From Escherichia phage BF17: a stretch of DNA of 64,000 nt. The stretch's first letter is position 1. Each line of letters begins with the position of its first letter. This document shows positions 60,232 to 64,000 of this stretch, piece after piece. The stretch lies in the sequence record MW822008.1; one strand, written 5' to 3'. The notes under the pieces were generated by a model. That model was not told the DNA's origin. It did no database searches and was given only the letters and a program-made list of their open reading frames with translations. Made by a program: the position numbers and the translations under genes.

Positions 60232-61374
60232 TCAATAAGCTTCCCACGGTAAGGGTGTCTTCCTAAATCCATACCTGGTTGTGGTCGCACCATCACCAGC
60301 AATGTATCGACCGATACCACATTGGTATAACTCTGTACTACTACATATAGCACCACCAATAGTACCACTACTCCACAGAATTATATTAGAATATGTTATT
60401 GGTAAATCACTACATTTAGTATATACACCAACGGTAGCAGCCCCACTAATACCACCAAACATACTTCGGTTAGCACCAGTATAATATATACCATCTGGAC
60501 TCATAAATGCAGAGGTGTAAGTTGTACTACAATCCACTGGACTTCTTATAGTATTAAGATCGCCTGGGTATGTCCTGGCACCAAAGGTGTATACATTACC
60601 ATCAGTTGTAATACCATTACCTAACTGCCCACTGTTTTGTCCACCACATGTAAGCAACAATGCAGAACCAGAAACAATTGCAGTAGCATTATACGAAGTA
60701 CCCATCGCAATAGAAGCACCAGACAATAGTTTTGGAGTAACAATAGCTGTTGTATTACCCTGGCCTAATTCACCATTGATATTTCGTCCCCATGCGTATA
60801 TAGAAGTTGTATCCAATCGACATAGTACTGAACCATAACTAAACGTATATCGCATGTCAATTACCGCATTAGGCAAATTAACCTTAGTTGCAACACTAAT
60901 AACACCACCAGTAACACCACTGTTTGCGTTCATGTTACGACCATATGCATATAAAGAACCATCTGAAGTTTTAATATGCATCATACCATCTGTACAATAC
61001 AATGCATCTATACTATCCACTGCAACCGGACCCATACTGGTAGTTATATCGGTCCACCCAAGCGTGGTAGTACTGGAAATTAAGTTATTTCCGGCGTATA
61101 GTATTCTATTATTATTAGTAACTACAACTGTATATCTGGCAGTAACACCAATTAATCGAACATCAGTATATATCTTAGACCACGCACCTAATGAATTGGT
61201 GTTTGCATCCAAAAAGCCCAACTGCCCATCTGTATTGTATCCAATACCCCATACATCACCTGCACTGTCCAATAACACTTCATGTGAAAATCCAATCTTA
61301 AAATCTTTTATTGTAGGAACTACCGGAACTGGTGCAATATTCCCGTACTTAACCATTCTAGCAAAAGGTAACAT
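60232..61374 (-). CDS. RCC1-like repeat protein, MLPF-leader family member 9
   Basis: 380 aa; MLPFARMVKYGN; GIGYNTDGQLGFLD, AWGRNINGELGQGNTT, CGGQNSGQLGNGITT. Confidence 0.85.
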   Translation of the reverse strand: MLPFARMVKYGNIAPVPVVPTIKDFKIGFSHEVLLDSAGDVWGIGYNTDGQLGFLDANTNSLGAWSKIYTDVRLIGVTARYTVVVTNNNRILYAGNNLISSTTTLGWTDITTSMGPVAVDSIDALYCTDGMMHIKTSDGSLYAYGRNMNANSGVTGGVISVATKVNLPNAVIDMRYTFSYGSVLCRLDTTSIYAWGRNINGELGQGNTTAIVTPKLLSGASIAMGTSYNATAIVSGSALLLTCGGQNSGQLGNGITTDGNVYTFGARTYPGDLNTIRSPVDCSTTYTSAFMSPDGIYYTGANRSMFGGISGAATVGVYTKCSDLPITYSNIILWSSGTIGGAICSSTELYQCGIGRYIAGDGATTTRYGFRKTPLPWEAY

Positions 61375-61445
61375 AATTCCCTCCTTTATTCATTATACTA
61401 TATTTAATACAAATAAGAATGCCAGTATCAAGTACTGGCATTATG
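61375..61445 (-). terminator. array cassette: terminator hairpin + TATAAT + AAGGAGG
   Basis: Conserved cassette copy (weaker U-tract). Confidence 0.6.
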
Positions 61446-62555
61446 TTATTTTGGTAAATCAATTTTAGTAAAGACTGCAACATCCTCGCTTGCTCCAGGA
61501 ATGGCGTAATACGATCCAGTACTATACACATCTCCATCTTTGGTTAATATTGATGTCAAACCATCACTAAAAAGAACATCCCTAATTGCACTAACTTCAA
61601 CGGGTAATTGTAAATTTGTAGCACTATATATAGCACCAGTTTGAGAATTGTTTAATCCCAAACCACGGTTCGCCCCAACACCCTTCTGATATGTACTAGT
61701 AATTACCATTTGTGTCGCAGTATTTAAGGCAGGTGAATTCGTCATAAACAACGGAGAACTATTCGGCAAAGTACTTACAGGAACTGCACGGAATGTAGTC
61801 GTACCTGAACTAAGAAAGTTTGGAGTTTGACCACATACGAAATATGATGTGCCATTATAGTAATTTAATGCATTACCACCAATTGCTGCATCGATTACAC
61901 CAGAACTACGTAATCCCCAAGTGTTAACTTGTGTTTGGCTCCCCGTGCCATGCTGCCCACTGCTATTCCATCCAGAACTATATAGCTTATTATCTAATGT
62001 AAGATACATACTATCATTCGCATTGGTCATTACTTTACGAACGTTCGTAGCACATTGAGTTAATGTGTAAATTGATGATGAACCAATACCTAAAGAACCA
62101 CGATATCCATTATCTCCTGCACCATAGAGTACTGAATTAGTGCTAAGTACAAATATTAAACCATTTGTACATACAATATTAGCAATTTCACTTACTGGTA
62201 TTGCATTTGTGAACCAACTGGTTCTATCAACTAATACAGTACTGTAAGAAGTAGTTGTGGAAGATGTGAACCAGTACGTTTGACCTGATGACCATATCGT
62301 ATTATCATTTTTAATAATAACAAGTGTACGATCACCCACGAAAAAATTAGAAACATCTGTACTTACTAATATCCATGAGGATACTGTGTTGGTATTTCCA
62401 TTTCCAGATTCACCACCTTGATTTCTACCTATGTAATATAAATCATGTGAATCTGTCAATAAGAATTGACCCTGTGTAGAAGCACCAACTTTAATTATAT
62501 TTTTAGGACCAGGTGTGATATTCCCATAATCAAACAATCTAACAAAAGGTAACAT
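61446..62555 (-). CDS. RCC1-like repeat protein, MLPF-leader family member 10
   Basis: 369 aa; MLPFVRLFDYGN; co-transcribed with member 11 (10-nt gap with AAGGAG). Confidence 0.85.
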   Translation of the reverse strand: MLPFVRLFDYGNITPGPKNIIKVGASTQGQFLLTDSHDLYYIGRNQGGESGNGNTNTVSSWILVSTDVSNFFVGDRTLVIIKNDNTIWSSGQTYWFTSSTTTSYSTVLVDRTSWFTNAIPVSEIANIVCTNGLIFVLSTNSVLYGAGDNGYRGSLGIGSSSIYTLTQCATNVRKVMTNANDSMYLTLDNKLYSSGWNSSGQHGTGSQTQVNTWGLRSSGVIDAAIGGNALNYYNGTSYFVCGQTPNFLSSGTTTFRAVPVSTLPNSSPLFMTNSPALNTATQMVITSTYQKGVGANRGLGLNNSQTGAIYSATNLQLPVEVSAIRDVLFSDGLTSILTKDGDVYSTGSYYAIPGASEDVAVFTKIDLPK

Positions 62556-62565
62556 ATTTCTCTCC

Positions 62566-63696
62566 TTAATTTAGTAATGCCCCTGGCAAATCCACTTTGA
62601 CGAATTGTGCATATGCTGAGGAATTTTGATCAAAGTTTGGTCCCAATCCATAAAATGAGCTAATGCCGTCTTCATTTGTGTATATGATATAAACGTTCTT
62701 TACATCATTTCCGCATATAAATCGAATGTCTTTCGTTTGTGTTCCCGCTGGAACATTACGAAGGTTCACAACGCCATTACTTGCATTGTTATCAGCCGAC
62801 GCAATTGGTAATTGATTTTGACCATATTGACCACGCATATTTTTTGCATCTAAACCAAACACAGTATCTGATACCGCACCAACTTTCAAAAATGAACCAA
62901 AACTATTATTGAATGACTTTGGAAATGTACCACTATAAACACTTCTCCCATCTGATAATACCGCTGAACTGAATTTCCCGCTATTCGATATGGCAAATTC
63001 ATTGTAAGGAAGTGTACCCATTTTGGTATATACAGAATATGAATTAGTGGAAGTATTATCAATAATCTTATTACCATTATATCCAATACCATACTGGTAT
63101 CCGTCTGCATCTTGAACTATACACAAAGGACCACTTGGGGTTTGTGTCAACGAAACAACACGTTCAACTTGTATATCACCAAATGTATTTCTTCGCCATG
63201 TTCTATCTATTATAGTACTAGTATTACCCAAAGATAATGCCACACTATATAATAGATTGTTTTCAGTAAAAATGGCAACATAATATGCGTGGTTAATAAC
63301 TTGCTTCATCCCAGCATCAATAACTTCCTGTGGAATATGATCAGTAACATCCAACCAATCAAGGTTAGATGATGCAATATCTGGAGTACTGAATTTGTCA
63401 AATCTAGTTGAGCCACAAACTAGCACTCTATCATCATTTGTCAAAGCCACTGTGCTAGTCTGCATATTAGAACTGAATGATTTAACATTACTAATGTTAG
63501 ACTTGTACCAACCCTTATCAGCAGCACCCACCGTGAATCCGGTTCCCATTGATCCACTTGTACTTGTACCATAAGCCCACATCTCACCACTATATGTTAG
63601 TGCCATACAGTGGCTTCCATTTGCTTGGAAATCCTTTATACCAGTGGGAGCAACCACTGTATTCCCATAATCAAACATTCTAACAAAAGGTAACAT
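62566..63696 (-). CDS. RCC1-like repeat protein, MLPF-leader family member 11
   Basis: Trimmed to MLPFVRMFDYGN; AYGTSTSGSMGTGFT. Confidence 0.85.
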   Translation of the reverse strand: MLPFVRMFDYGNTVVAPTGIKDFQANGSHCMALTYSGEMWAYGTSTSGSMGTGFTVGAADKGWYKSNISNVKSFSSNMQTSTVALTNDDRVLVCGSTRFDKFSTPDIASSNLDWLDVTDHIPQEVIDAGMKQVINHAYYVAIFTENNLLYSVALSLGNTSTIIDRTWRRNTFGDIQVERVVSLTQTPSGPLCIVQDADGYQYGIGYNGNKIIDNTSTNSYSVYTKMGTLPYNEFAISNSGKFSSAVLSDGRSVYSGTFPKSFNNSFGSFLKVGAVSDTVFGLDAKNMRGQYGQNQLPIASADNNASNGVVNLRNVPAGTQTKDIRFICGNDVKNVYIIYTNEDGISSFYGLGPNFDQNSSAYAQFVKVDLPGALLN

Positions 63697-63770
63697 AACT
63701 AAAATCTCCATATAATAATTATAATGTATTTACAAAAAAATACCAGTACGTATTTCAGTACTGGTATCAT
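63697..63770 (-). terminator. variant array cassette: terminator hairpin + TTATAAT + GGAG
   Basis: Minus strand ATACCAGTACTGAAATACGTACTGGTAT + TTTTTTT then TTATAAT and GGAG before ATG. Confidence 0.6.
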
Positions 63771-64000
63771 TTATGGTAAAATGATAGATTGTAACGAACT
63801 CATACCCAATGCTGGAACACTAGCCTGTGGTGCTGGAGAATTCAATTTTGGTGATGAAACCGCATAAGTCATTCCTGTACCCAAATCTGGATCAAAAACT
63901 ACAGCACAATAATTCCCACTATATATAAGTCCATTCTTGTATCCTTGTGCACTTTGAATGCATTTCGTGAACGTACCAATATCTGTAGTGGCATTTATTA
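63771..64000 (-). CDS. C-terminal fragment of a further beta-rich gene (family member 12, truncated by window edge)
   Basis: Minus-strand frame open from window edge to TAA (plus 63771-63773); translates ...GTGMTYAVSSPKLNSPAPQASVPALGMSSLQSIILP. Confidence 0.5.
   Translation of the reverse strand, partial: INATTDIGTFTKCIQSAQGYKNGLIYSGNYCAVVFDPDLGTGMTYAVSSPKLNSPAPQASVPALGMSSLQSIILP

Noticed and set aside
50289-63696. MLPF leader as an analogue of the T4 internal-protein capsid targeting sequence
   Set aside because: No L-x-E or I-x-E prohead-protease cleavage motif follows the leader and the proteins are far larger than T4 internal proteins; kept only as one of several hypotheses.
50289-63770. 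Regularly spaced repeats in the array region, considered as a possible CRISPR array
   Set aside because: Repeats are ~70 bp regulatory cassettes separated by >1 kb protein-coding genes, not 25-40 bp direct repeats with short spacers; no cas genes.

Overview
This window reads as a ~64 kb segment of a large, AT-rich virulent dsDNA phage genome with some T4-like content (a clear endonuclease V/denV homolog, a phage tRNA cluster, a freestanding HNH endonuclease). All calls are from reading the sequence and the supplied ORF track; no searches or folding were run. Positions 1-50250 are a dense block of mostly small plus-strand genes driven by repeated sigma70-like promoters (TTGACW-N16-18-TATAAT, often with AGTACT in the spacer), with 6 tRNA genes plus one degenerate tRNA-like element. 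Positions 50289-64000 hold the main candidate novel system: a minus-strand array of 11 complete and 1 partial paralogous genes that all start with the leader MLPF[AV]R[ML][VF][KD][YF]GN. Ten complete members carry RCC1-like beta-propeller repeat motifs (G-x-N-x-x-G-Q-L-G-x-G) and one is glycine-rich. Most are preceded by a near-identical cassette of terminator hairpin, TATAAT, AAGGAGG and the conserved first 12 codons. Other recurring structures are a terminator hairpin with an embedded -35 box (9 plus-strand copies), a 10-member small membrane-protein family, a family of at least 12 small proteins sharing an EE-x-F-Q-x-S motif, and a compositionally distinct AT-rich two-gene island next to denV. 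Only denV, the HNH endonuclease, a sigma70-family factor and a P-loop ATPase get functional calls; the rest are hypothetical.
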